Shown here: positions 37,298 to 49,993 of the stretch, in pieces
How positions within the stretch are numbered: the stretch's first letter is position 1
How the letters are laid out: the number at the start of each line of letters is the position of its first letter
DNA from: Cystobasidiomycetes sp. EMM_F5
Lineage: Eukaryota
Direction: 5' to 3'
Length of the DNA: 64,000 bases
Assembly: GCA_051047955.1 (NCBI GenBank)
Contig: JBPGPT010000001.1
Span: 310,001 to 374,000 of the forward strand
Position numbers and translations under genes: made by a program
The notes under the pieces: generated by a model
What the model saw: only the letters and a program-made list of their open reading frames with translations
Told to the model about the DNA's origin: nothing
The model's database searches: none

Positions 37298-37867
37298 GAG
37301 GCTCCCAAAACGTTACATCTTCGGGAGTCTGACACGTCCAGAATCTTGGAAGTGTGGAGGAAGTACAACGCACTGGGCAATGCCCTGCCGAGGTGATATC
37401 CCAAATTTATCTCCACCGGCGGAAAATCGCAACCGGGCGTGGCGGCCGTGCCATCATTCACCTCGCTTAAAAGTGCCCCCGGAACAGCGCGGCTCCTCTT
37501 CTTGACGGGCCTTTGTGCTGTGCAATAGTATATTCTCACCGGCTTAGCTGATATTTGCATCAAAGTAATTCGGCTTGTCTGAACGAAAGCAGCTGACAAT
37601 GACGTTGTAAAATTAGTAACATTGTAATGGTAGGAAGCATCAGATGATCACGATGAGGCTGGCGTAAACAGCAACGACCTGCTTTCCCAGTCGGTCTTGT
37701 TTCCAGCTACTTTCCACAGTGTTTCGGGTCTCGCTGCTGGCGACCAAATTATGCTGCAAGTGACCGAAACTTATCACCCAGGTCCACCGGTTGACAGAGC
37801 CAGCTGCTCCGACAGCTAGAGGCGGGTGTGCGTATGCAGCAGTACGCCATACTTGCGTCAGCAGTTA

Positions 37868-39709
37868 TGACGACGGAAAGGATCTCTACACCAGGTGGTC
37901 CTCCTGCGGGTCACGGCGTACAGCTCTTGAATATCGCGTGTGTGATTACGTACAATAACCACTGTGCGATGTTGATGTCCGCAAAGCATGATCTCAGACT
38001 TCTTCTTTCCGAAAGTCGGTGGAGTCGAAAGTCACGTATATATGCTGAGCCAGGCGTTGGTCAGACAAGGTCACAAAGTCAGTCAAGCACTCAAAGTAAC
38101 GTGTAACTGGACTGAGAGTATCGTAGGTGGTCATAATCAGTCATAGGTACGCTCCGGATCGCGTCGGAGTGCGATATATCACGTCTGGCATAAAGGTCTA
38201 CTATATTCCAATCCATACCATTCCTCCCCACAACTCGCACGCTACTCTTCCGCAATTCTTCGCTTTGTTGCCGTTGTTGCGGAGCATTCTCATCAGAGAA
38301 AACATCGACATTTTACATGGCCATGGCAGTTTGAGCAGCATGGCCTGTGAAGCAATCATTAGCGGGGGGACTATGGGTTTCCGTGCGGTCTTATCTGACC
38401 ACAGCCTGTACGGATTAGGAGGCAAGGGAGAGATGTGGGGCAACAAAATGCTGAGAGCCACACTATCAGACGTAGGAGCCGTAATCTGCGTCAGTCACAC
38501 AGGGTGCGTCACAATGACACCTGAGAATCGTATTTGGACTAACCACTGTGTATTTACAGGAAAGAGAACATTGTGCTCCGTGCTCATATCGATCCTCGCC
38601 TTGTATACGTCATACCCAATGCGGTTGTGCCCTCCAAATTCCTACCTGATCCCTCGAAAGCTCCTCCCATCTCCCAGAGAAGTCCGTTCTTTCGACTTGA
38701 AACCGCTTTCAGATGTGCTGATAGTGGCGCTCGTCAGTCCGAGTGATATGCATCAGCCGCCTCGTATACCGAAAAGGCATTGACCTCTTGATCGGCGCTC
38801 TACCTCGTATCTGTGCAATGCACAATGATGTAGACTTCCTCGTCGGTAAGCTGACAACAAATCTGTGGAAGTGCAGGATAAGCCTGATTGTCGCAAAAGG
38901 CGGCGATGGACCGAAAGTCGTTGAACTTGAGCAAATGATCGAAAAACATCGTACCCTTCTGCAACACCGGGTTCAGCTACTTGGCTCCATCAAACACGAA
39001 GAAGTCCGCGATGTGTGTCTGACATTGGAGCAGCTGACAGTGCGGACAGCTGACATATGAATAGTTGCTCGTGCGCGGACACATCTTTTTGAACCCGTCC
39101 TTGACAGAAGCTTTCGGAATCGGGATACTAGAAGCTGCGTGCTGCGGTCTCTTCATTGTCAGTACCCGCGTGGGCGGAGTGCCGGAGATACTACCCGACG
39201 GAATGATAGCCTTTGCAGAACCTGCTACGGATGGTGAGTACGGACCGTTTCCTTAGAAGATTGCTTGGGGTACTGAGGTATACGGTCAGATCTGGTGCGA
39301 GCTCTGGATGTTGGTATCCGACACATCAAGTCAGGCAAGCACGATCCCTATCTGGTACATCAGCAAGTGCGGCAGATGTATAGCTGGACAGATGTTGCCG
39401 AGCGCACCTCAAACCTATACAGAGAAGTTTTAGCAGCGCAGCCTCCGTCTCCTGTCGAACGTCTACAAAAGTAAGTCTACCACGACGCGAAAGAACGTTC
39501 ATTTTATTGATGCCAAGATGCCTAGGTATTACGAATGTGGCACGTACTTTGGCAAGATCCTCTGCATAGTGATAGCAGTACAGATGATATTTATTCGAGT
39601 ACTCGACTGGCTGTATCCAGCCGAGCGCATCGATCGATGTCCTAGAGTCCCTGTTAGCATAACATCTTCTGTCACCAGACACCCTCCATGCACAGATCAT
39701 TACATATGA
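37868..39709 (+). CDS. SPT14: GPI-GlcNAc transferase catalytic subunit (PIG-A/Gpi3), multi-exon
   Basis: Contains '[18 protein letters not shown]', 'HGHGSLS', 'ICVSHTGKEN', '[13 protein letters not shown]' and '[27 protein letters not shown]'. Confidence 0.95.
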
Positions 39710-39820
39710 AGACCGCATTGCCTGCTTGTTGTACGTTCAGCGGCTTCCCTGCGTCCGCAGCCTTTGAATGGATATGCGGTTTTTGCCTGTTTGCTCCCGA
39801 CCAGTTGCGTTCATGAAGCT

Positions 39821-40403
39821 ATGGAGGAACGGCCACACGTTTCTATCTTGTCTGACCTTCTCACTGCTCAGCTGGCAGAGATCCGAGACAATCAGTTGAC
39901 AGATGACAACATCGAATCGCTGCTCCTAACTTGCGGGGACAGCATGCTGTTAGCCGCATTGGATCTGGTAGACAGCAAAGAGGGTACGCATGGTCTTGAA
40001 GACGTTCAGGAATTCTCACATTGACGTGGAAGTATCACAGTGTCTAAGATTCAGCTCACTTCCGGTCGAAGTCTTTATCAAGTGCGGGGTCATTTCGGTC
40101 CTGCATGACATTTCGCAGCAATTGACTCTACCACCAGTGCGCCGGAACATCAACAACCTACTCGGTCACGCTTGACCCGCTCTTCTGCGCCTGCCCGGCC
40201 TTTTGTCAACAGACTCTGTATCTGAGTGCTCATGTCGTGGTGAGGAAGCGGCGCTCCAAGTGCGGAACACCACCGTACTGAATCCACTGAGGACGTGGCC
40301 ACAGTGCAAGCACTTGTTGGCATGCCTGCTTGCCCAGAGACTAGACCGGTTCGTTATCCGTGTCGGCTCTCTGGACCTCCTCGCAACTCTGGCATCATCC
40401 TGA
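39821..40403 (+). CDS. SWIM zinc-finger protein, Sws1/ZSWIM7-like (Shu complex)
   Basis: Contains 'LLAALDLVDS' and the spliced 'FCACPAF...|CKHLLA' (CxC...CxH SWIM motif). Confidence 0.85.
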
Positions 40404-40635
40404 ACGACCTTTACACGTACGACTGAATGTACGGCACATGTCTAAAGAAACAACACCTTCGAGGGTAGATTATCATTGCAGATACAGATTTCAGGAGGTC
40501 AAGCAGAATACGAGAAGCGATACACTTGGCACTGTGAAGCGGCAAGGCAGACTGCCACTAGGAATCCGGTTCGAGACTGCTACTTCAGGATCCTGTATAG
40601 CCTTCTCCGACGTACTTCATGAAAAGGAACTTCAC

Positions 40636-43600
40636 TCAAGCGGAAGGCCAGTATACGTTCGATGGCACGATGACTCCGTCTGACCGAACGAGCAGGAGTT
40701 GACGGGGTATTGTGGTATCCAAGGCATCGTCCACTGGTTCCAGGCACTCGAGCGAGTCTGGACAAGCAGACTCTGAACGCCCGGGACTGGGTATATCCCC
40801 GCTGTAAATCACACCTCTCAGTCCTTGTCTTCCGGCTATCACGCTTCTGCACTCACAACCAAACCGTCCATTCGGGGCCGAAATTCTCGCCATATAGCGC
40901 TATGGATCGGACAATAAAAACGCTCAGCTACTTGCGCGCACGAAGTCAAGGGCTCAAACACGCACTGATGGCGCGTTGGGCTCGGGTTGTTCGTTGGCGA
41001 CGGGGGTTGGAAACGGCTGGATTTGATACTAGGTAGCTCTTAATTGATGGTAGATTGCCGATGGGAATGGTGGGTATTGGAGTCAAGAAGCAATCGGGAC
41101 AGCCTGTAGCTTTGCACTTGTATGGCACTAGGCCGCTGAATAATACCGGCGGGATGTAGAAAGTGTGTCGAGCGATTTCTGCTCGTAACCTGTCAGTCCA
41201 TACTACTTGCAATCACTCTGCATGGTGCGCACCAGTACTAGCTATGGTCCAGCACCCAGCTTCACCGGCGTCTTGCTGCCATGATCCAGTAGCGTCATCT
41301 TCGGGCAATTCCGTTAGGAGAGAAGATGTGGATGCGCCGCGCTTGCGATTACGCATAGGTGTAGATAGTGGCGATGATGTGACTGTGGACAAGCGACGCG
41401 CCTTTTTGACTTTGCCTCCATCGTTCGTAATCGGAACAGCAAGCTCATTGTATGCATCTGTCGACACGGAAGTTGACCTTCCCCGGTTCATATCAACTGC
41501 TCGCGATGCTTGAAGTCCACTTTCGAACGGATTATCGTCTTCGTCTCCAGGCGAGCCGCCCGGATTGGGACTGCTGTCTTGCGAATACGGTAGACGCGGA
41601 CCATCTGACTTTCGGACTCCAACGTTCTCTCCAAGGCACGAGAGAAACGATCCACACCCTTCGAAGCCGGCATTGTCGCCTTGATCTGTGGTTTCATAGG
41701 CTCGTGTTGGGTCTGGCATGACTTCCAATGCGATCCGATGCAATCTGAAGTGCAGTCATAGTCAGTCGCAGTACATGCACGTCCAAAATATGCTTACTGC
41801 GCTACCGGATCGCCCAACGCTTCTCCAGGAGCGGCTGGAAGATCGCAGCCTGGGTGTGCGGACGCCCCATCGGATTTTCCACCTCCGATAGCGATGTTGC
41901 CCTTATCAACTCGCCGTACCAGCATCACGGGGCTCACGACTGCAGTATTCAAACACTGTAGGATAACAGGTTGATTGTAATAGATTGGCATCGGACAACC
42001 GGTCGTTGCCACGGGAAGCGCATTGTTTGGAGGTTGTGGGTAGCCTGGCTGCGATGCAACCTGACCATTGTCTTCTTCCGCAATTGCCGGTCTGCGTGGA
42101 TCTACTGCGTAAATCACAAAGCTGTCCCACGCAGATGTTCGAGCTATGAAGCTACTCTGTTGGTTGTGCGAGAAAGGCTTCTCCTCCTGTCCAGTCATGG
42201 ATTGCCAGTCCGCTTGTGGGAAGCTTGCTGCCGCAGACGATACGCAGAGGAAGCGGGTGCTGACGGTTTGTGAACGAAGTCGACTGAACAGAGCGACAGT
42301 TCCGCCATGTGTGACATACTGACTCGCTTTGCGTGCTGTATTCTGGACCTTCTTGGTCGGCTTGCTAATTATTTTGATCGGCGCGCTTAGGAATGATCCA
42401 ATGACACGGTCTTGATCCGGACCTAGGCCAGGAGCAATAATTTTGACTTCGGCTTGTACAGAGTCGCGCTTGGCATTGGTCTCGGCATCTCCGATGTCTG
42501 GTCTCTGAAAAGGATCGTAGGGCTTGTCCATCCCAAACGCAGAATTACTTCTAGCCTTCTTCAGTTCTTTGCTGAAATCCGGTATGAACAGCTGCTTTCC
42601 TACGACACGACCTGCCACGGAAAAGTCCTCGGCTGATGCAATTTTGTCCACAGTTCCGCCAGCTATGGTGGTCCATTCAAGGGACGTATCGCTTACAGAA
42701 CGGTGATCATGAGTCATGCTGACCTGCACAGACGGAGGCAGAAGCTGAATGGCGGGATTTGTTGAACCAAAATGACGCTTGGCGTTAGCAATATAGGCGT
42801 CGGGTAGATGCGTCCACCAGCTGCAACCTAGTATGAATGCTGAAGGTGGTGGCACAAGAAATCTCCGTTCGGAGCCGTATGATTTCTGCCCGACCGTTGT
42901 AGACATGACGACTACTGTCCTTTCGCCAAGCATTAGCTTATTGGACGTTTCAAGATATTCCGTAATATATGGTCTATACAGAGACACGTAATCAGATCAA
43001 CTGGGATCGGTCGTCGATTTGAACGATAGCGTGTACTCACTTCAAGATAGCGTGGGCTTCGGCATCAGATTCAGGTCTGGCTGGAAGTCTTGCCCAACTC
43101 TGCAGGGTAGCATTATGAAGTTGTTTTCGAACAGGCTGAGACCGGCCAAAGCCCTCGTCTCGCATATCATCAGCATTCAAGCTCGAGCGAGACCCTGTGC
43201 GAGACAGCATCATAGCCTGCTGGGTGATCCCGACAGACGAATCCCTCGATCCAGGTTGTGATAGCGCTAGCTGTTCGGCGCGAGCTTGGAGCGAATGTCC
43301 GGATTGATCCGCATACAGTCTCTGCTCGTACTGCTGTCGCAATGCGTCTTGCATACGCTGCAAATCCTGTTGTTGCTGGACTTTCTGTTGTTGATGTCGC
43401 TGGACCTGTTGAAGCTGACGTTGCTGTAGCAGAAGACGCTGCTGCTGCATCGCCTGCTGTTGCTCCTGCATCGCGAGCTGCTGTTGCCGTTGCTGTAGTA
43501 TCTGCTCTTGTTGTTGTTGCTTGTGCATCTTTTGTTGCATCTCCATCTCGAGATATTGTTGCTGCTCTTGCCATGCAAGCTGCTCCCTCTGACGCTGTTT

Positions 43601-45127
43601 TGGCTCTTCCTCTTGCCGCTGCAAATGCTGTGCACCAAGCAACATGGCATCAAAGTATGATCCGGAAGCATTAACCGGTGCTGCACTATCTAGCTGATTT
43701 GTGGGCAGCTCAGAAGTGGGGTATGGGGAATTAGGATAAGGCGAAATGATGGCTGATCCACCAGGACTAATGGGAGATGAACCATGCATATAACCCGAAT
43801 CCACAGGTTTTGCATACTGCTGATGCTGATAGTTCAGACCAGCACGTCCATGGAATTGCTGTCGGCCATTGCCGTAGGAATGCTGATCGACAGCGCTTTC
43901 GGGATGCAACAGGTCTGACGAAGCCATGCGCGTCATACTATTCGTATGGTTTGTGTCTGCCGGGGCGGACTGATAGAAATTGTATCGGTCCTGGCTCTGC
44001 ATCATCGCGAGCATTTGCGGGGTGATTGCGTTTCCAAAACCTTGCGCGTTCAGGCCAGCAGCGTCTATGGCACTGTAAGCGGACAGAGCAGAGCCAATTA
44101 CAGAAGCAGAAGCCGATGCGCTTGCAGACGGTTGACTGTGTGCTGCACTTGAAGAATTTGCAGAGTATGCATAGTTTCGCCTAGCATCGGTCGAGTCGGT
44201 GTTTGGAGACTGGAACATTACGCTATTCTCCGCGCTCAAGTGACCGCTCGACATAGAAGACGATACTGCACCTGGTTGAGCACTTTCTCCGCTGTTTGAA
44301 GGTAGACCAGCTTGCCCATGTTCGCTGCTCGAGCCATTTGAAGTCGACCATCCAGTATTGAGCGTACTAGGATCGGTGTACAGCGATAGATTGGGTCGCT
44401 TCACTGAGGGCGGTGTGCTCATATTGTCTAAGTTTGCATTCGGCGGAGAAGTCCCATTGTACGCAAACTCTTCCGCCTGATAATCTCGATAATCGTTGTC
44501 GGGGACGGAAGAAGAATTATGGGAAGAGGAGGAATGCGAAGCTAGTGAAGATGAAGAAGCAGAAGAGATGGACGAGGAGGAGAATGCCATTCCTAGAGAC
44601 TCTGCAGCGTAATGAGGATGCAGGCCAACAGCGTCATCGCCTGCTTGAGGTAGTTCGAGGTCAGCTCGAGAAAGAAAGGAAGCGACAGTGGTTGCTGCTG
44701 ATGCAGGAACGACAGTATATGATACTGAAGCACTACTGTCGCCGTTACTACTTCCTACTGAAGAGATCTGAGAGGACAGACTTGCGTGCGAACCACGCCT
44801 GTCGAGACTGAAGGAGGGTGTAAGGAGGTCGGGAGCATCTGAATGCAGATTGTGAGGCTGCGAGGTCGGTCGCAGTGCTGAGAGAGGAGAGGGACTTGGC
44901 TTAGGTTTTGCATCAGTGTGTTTTGTAGATGGATGAGATGCATTGTCGGAAACGGGCCACTCCCAGTCGATTAAAGGTTGCTTGGTAAGGGACGCGGCTG
45001 CATCCTGCTGAAGCGAGCGAGAAGCCATATCTGACCGAGGTAATTGACGATCCACAGAAAACTGATGCGAAGGTAGTCCAGCTACACCATGAGTCTGGTT
45101 GGGCGAGGCGTACTGCACGGTTGCCAT
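40636..45127 (-). CDS. Fungal CSL (CBF1/Su(H)/LAG-1) family transcription factor with about 700-aa low-complexity N-terminus
   Basis: RHR-N 'VGQKSYGSERRFLVPPP' and 'IKIISKPTKK'. BTD 'TVALFSRLRSQTVSTRFL', 'VVSPVMLVRRVDK' and 'DPVAQLHRIA'. RHR-C 'LYGENF..VWFGD..LLVRSDGVIVP'. Confidence 0.92.
43290..43630 (-). repeat. Glutamine-rich (CAG/CAA) low-complexity coding tract in the CSL N-terminus
   Basis: Encodes QQQQEQILQQRQQQLAMQEQQQAMQQQRLLLQQRQLQQ. Confidence 0.85.
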
Positions 45128-46370
45128 GGTGTTGAACGACGTCAATGATTATGCCCCGATAAGGGTAGGGCGACGCCCGGCGTTGAAGCCTGAGGTAATT
45201 TAATGCATGTATGGATGGCCAATGAAGGAGAACGCCAGCGCGTATGTGTGTAGAAGTGTATGCGATTTTGGAGCACGTGAGGGGTGAAGCAGCCGATGAA
45301 ATGTAGGATGAGCAACATGATTCAAGGTGCCTCTCCCATAATGTTTATTAACGAAACTCACCGTACGCGTACGCTGCCGTCTGCAGAAAGGCAACCTCAC
45401 AAGTCTGGCCGGCCTCGACAGGTTCCAAGTGCGATCGACCAGATTCAAGTTTCCGGTCGAGTCGGGTTGACTCTGGGGTCTCCAGACGATGACAATTCTG
45501 CTCTCAACGCGGGCTGATGAACTTTGACTGACGGCGTCAATACGATGAGATTTGTGTGGGTTTGACTAAAAAGTCGCAGGACGGTATCGTGCCTCTCCTC
45601 CACTGGCAATGCGAAAACATGGGTCTGGTTTCACGGATGCCTGCCTTGAGGGGTCGCCTCGCCGGATTCACTCCACAACCTCATATCCCCTTTCAACAAT
45701 CTAACGGGTGTGCTTCGGAACTCTGGCGAGCTCGCAGGGATGGGAAAGCGTTGTGCACGTCTCCGCCTCGAACTCATCAATTGCAAGCTGGGAATTCGAA
45801 GATGCAAGCGGCTTCTCCACCTTTTGTGTACATGTAATCGTGTACATCCAGTCACTGCTCTGTTCACCATCCTCCATGCCTCTACAGTAATGCCCGAGCA
45901 TCACTCCGCTGGATTTACCAACCCTTCGCTAGGCGTGTCTCTGCTGACCACGCCTCCGGAATCCGAAGCTCAAGCTTTCCGAAATGACTGGCGCTAGAAG
46001 GTTGGACACGGGTCAGTCTTTAGCTGTTGACCGTCGCATGAGGGCTGTGCGGCTAGAAGAACTGTACAGTATACATGAAGTAAATGATGATGAAGATTGA
46101 CTGTTGTGTACGTTACTTTGCAATCCTCGTCTCCAGCAGCAGCTCCACAAACCTACGTTGTCCCGTCGCGCGTTTGCCTAAAGTCCAACTGCGCTTTGTC
46201 CAATTTGCCACCTTGAACGCGCAATCACTCGATAAGGAAGCGTGCGCGCCTTGACTTGCAACAGAGACGTAAAGTCGGCAATTTCGACGCAAGCTGCAGC
46301 TCTTTTGAGTCTAAGAGGATTCTCCACACCTCACTCGCCCTCGCCCATCTTCCCCCCGCCAGCTGCAGTC

Positions 46371-48480
46371 ATGCGCTACGCCATCCTCGTCCTATCGGTC
46401 GTCGGGCTCGCATCAGCCGGGCCACTCAGCCGTCACCACGTCGCTGAGAGCGGCAGTCACAATCTAGCACCCATCTACACGCCTCCCAATCCATGGGCTG
46501 CGACTAACTCGGACATCCAGTCCTCGTCGGTGTTTGGCAGCTCGTCGCTCGCCGTTGACAACATCATTCCCGATTCGTACATTGTCGTCCTCAAGGAATC
46601 GCACAGCCACAGACTCCCATTCCACCTCGACCACGTACGCGACTTTATCAGCACGGCATCCACGTCTCGTAGACGATCACTCCGAGATGTCGGCGAGTCG
46701 TTCAAGCACGTCGTCGAGGATGTAAAGCACCACTTTGACGTGGGCGCGCTCAAGGGATATGCTGGCACATTCTCCGAACACACACTGGAATGGATCAGAC
46801 GAAACCCGGCAGTGGAATTTGTAGAGAGGGACTCGGTAGTCCGCGCAATGGATCTCGAAAAGGGAGCACCGTGGGGTCTCGCTCGCTTGTCTCATCGCAA
46901 GCCAATCAGCTTTGCTACTTTGTGAGCGGTCTCCTGCGTATATTCCCTCTCTTGCCCTCCACTAATTTCGTCGGTCATCCTTAGCGGCAAGTACGAATAC
47001 GAGCATGAAGCCGGAAAGGGTGTCGACGTCTACATTATCGATACGTAAGTGAAGAGCATGTCCACCTAGCTATACAGTCCTGATTTTGTGCATGTGTCGA
47101 ACAGCGGCATCAACATCAAGCACGTCGAATTGGAGGGACGCGCCAAATGGGGCAAGACGATGCCTCAAAACGAGTGGGTCCAATTCACACTTCTCATTCA
47201 ATTCCAACAACATGCTAATATACCCGCTTTAGTGTGGACGAAGACGGCAACGGACACGGATCTCATGTCGCTGGAACGATCGGATCCAACAAATATGGTG
47301 TTGCGAAAGCGGCAAACTTGATTGCCGTAAAGGTGTTAGGCTCGTCTGGTTCCGGTTCCATGTCGGATGTCGTTGGTGGTGTAGCGTGGGCTGCTTCCCA
47401 AGCAAAGGCCAAGGTCGAGTCTCAGGAAGCCAAGAACGGAACCCACAAAGGATCTGTTGCCGTGAGTTGGTCTTTTACCAGCACAAGACTATACCCGAAG
47501 TCACGCTGACATGGCCGCCTTGAAAATACCACAGAACATGTCGCTCGGAGGCGGTAAATCACCATCCCTCGACATGGCAGTCAACAATGCCGTAAAGGCC
47601 GGTCTTCATTTCGCAGTAGCTGCAGGCAACGACAACCGTGATGCATGTGCCTACTCGCCAGCAGCAGCAGAGAATGCCATCACCGTCGGAGCATCGACAA
47701 TCGGTGATGCGCGCGCATACTTTTCAAACTACGGTAAATGCGTAGACATCTTTGCGCCAGGCCTCAATATCCTGTCCATCTGGAATACGGGCAATACTTC
47801 TGTCAACGTGAGTCGCATTTCAATGTCCTGATTGAAGATGACACTTCGGCTTTACTGACGTCTTTTACCATTCAGACCATCTCCGGCACTTCAATGGCCT
47901 CCCCACATATTGCCGGACTTGCTGCATACTTCCTGTCCTTATACGGCCACGAGTTTGAGCCAACAGTCGAAGACTATGCAGCAGCTGGCGTACCCTTCCC
48001 AGGCTCTGCCGCAGACAAGGCTTCGCGAGAGCAGGAGTCTAGCAGGTTTAGCAATCTGTGGGGCAAAGGCCGTCAACTCGTCTTCCCGGGTGCATGGAAC
48101 AAGAAGGAACCATCTGCTTCCCTGTTCAAGGCTCTTGACCCCAAGGTCCTCAAGAAGGCTATGATCCGTCTCTCTACTAAAGATGTCTTGAGCGTGAGTT
48201 GAATTGACACAGATCTTCTTGCATTGTACTCATGCTTTTTGCCTTGATTTCTCAGGAAATTCCTTCCGACACCCCCAACTACCTTGCATTCAACAATTTC
48301 ACTGCCCCTTCCACCAAGCTTGTTGAGACTGTCGAGGAGGTCATTGAAGACCAGGTCGTCTCCTACCTTCCCGTATTTGAGAAGGGAGAAGCAATGATCG
48401 AAGAGGCCATTGACAATCTCGAAGATGTCATTGAGCGCGTCTTTGCAGAGGAAGTTGCTGCATGGTACGCAGAGCAGTAA
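46371..48480 (+). CDS. PRB1: Vacuolar subtilisin-like serine protease (proteinase B, S8 with I9 prodomain)
   Basis: Signal peptide, '[10 protein letters not shown]' and '[11 protein letters not shown]'. Catalytic triad motifs 'IIDT|GIN', '[10 protein letters not shown]' and 'SGTSMASPH'. Confidence 0.95.
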
Positions 48481-48785
48481 GCAGTCAACGACGATCTACC
48501 GGATATGGGACGCTCTACATCATCAGTCAAGCCATTCAAGAAGGTTCGTTTTCGGGAAAGCATGAGCAGATTTTTCATCGCTACACACACATCGCTAAAT
48601 ACAATCTACAAATCGAAATCCAAATCATGTAACTGCCCGCTCGCGATTTAGCACGCTCTCCAGCTCCTTTGTATCTGTTGTACGTTGATGTTAATGTAGA
48701 GTACTGCGTATGAACAGACGCGGCGGCTCCTCATGTCGCCACACGTACATCGTCGAACGAATTACCAAAGGTAGCCGGATAATGT

Positions 48786-49782
48786 CTACTTGGCTTTTCT
48801 CGGTCCACCCTGGCCACCGCGACCAGCCTTCGTTACTCGGTTTGGATGTGCATTCGGACGCCGTTCAGACCGAGTACGGCTCGACATCGGCCCGCTTGAA
48901 GTGTCAGCAGCGGGTAACGGTGGTGCTGCTATTGCTGCTGGCATCAAGCGCCTTGCTGGTGCTGACGCCAGTGGTCGACCTGCTGCTGGTGCTGCTGGCG
49001 CTATCAGGGGTAGTTGCGGAGACGACTGATTGTTAATGGTAGCTTGGATGGCCTCAATACGCCTTTCGCCTTGTGCACCCCGCCATTGCTGTTGAGCCCT
49101 GAGCTGTCGACGCTGGGCAAAGAGATTGTCAATCATCTGCCCAGCAGGGCTTGCGGGTACGTTCTGGTTGCTTGTGGGACGGAATCTAAGAGGACGTCAA
49201 TACCGCCTTCGGGTCTCCGTCCATGGCGTATGCCCGCTGGCAGGGGCCTGATAATATAGTGACTCGGATATGTTTTGGGGGATAGCGTGAGGGGCGAGTT
49301 CTCTTTCTTGTTCGCCAGGTAGACTGGTGGAGTGGCGATAGAAAGCAAACACTATTCCCGAAGTGCCGCCTCTTCTGACCGCCTCGCGCTGTACACAGTT
49401 GGATCAAATTCTCCTGCCGCCACTGTAGACCAAATGACAGTCAAAGCAACGGCCTGCGACGTACGATGTTCTCTCCGACAAATTGCCTTCGCTGATGTTC
49501 AAGCCTGGCTGCTTCTTCCCGGTCCAGCAAACCAGGCTGACTTGAAGGCAAAGGTCGAGCAGTTATTGGGAATGGATGGTCTGGCAAGATCGATGGCGGC
49601 ACAGCGTCTGGACCGTTGGCTCTCCGGTATTCCGCCAGGAACTGTGCACCCTACAAGCTGATTGCAGCTGCGGGGCGGTGACGCATGACACTGAAGCTGA
49701 TCCACACCGTCTGTGCATCACGATGCTCATAGAATTGGTTTGTTAGCTGCTCAATCTCTTCGCGCGATGGCCTGCGCGACAT
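48786..49782 (-). pseudogene. Orphan paralog A with 3 exons (49782-49708, 49650-49465, 49388-48786) and one in-frame TGA at 49199-49197; pseudogene or recoded gene
   Basis: The spliced translation aligns over its full length with paralog B on both sides of the stop, and the intron positions match. Confidence 0.75.
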
Positions 49783-49993
49783 ATTGCGGCGGTAAGAGTC
49801 TGATTGATGGATGTAAAGAAAAGCGCCATTGATTCGCTCGACGTCAGGTCAATTCAATAGAGGGGTGTCAGTGCAGTGCAAATGTATGAGAGACCGTCAG
49901 GTGCCTGTGGGACCGCCTCCAACGGGGCAGTGTCTCGGAGCAACTTTCAGTAGTGTAAGCCTACAAAGTTTGACATAGATGATTTGAATGCCT

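Noticed and set aside
37295..37396. Stop-codon readthrough extension of MRI1
   Set aside because: TAG-G is not a leaky context, and the extension has no PTS1 or other recognisable motif.
40573..40625. U3 snoRNA-like words (tacttcaggatc, cgacgtacttcat)
   Set aside because: The matches are short and I found no coherent U3 box arrangement. The downstream part is the antisense of the CSL last exon.
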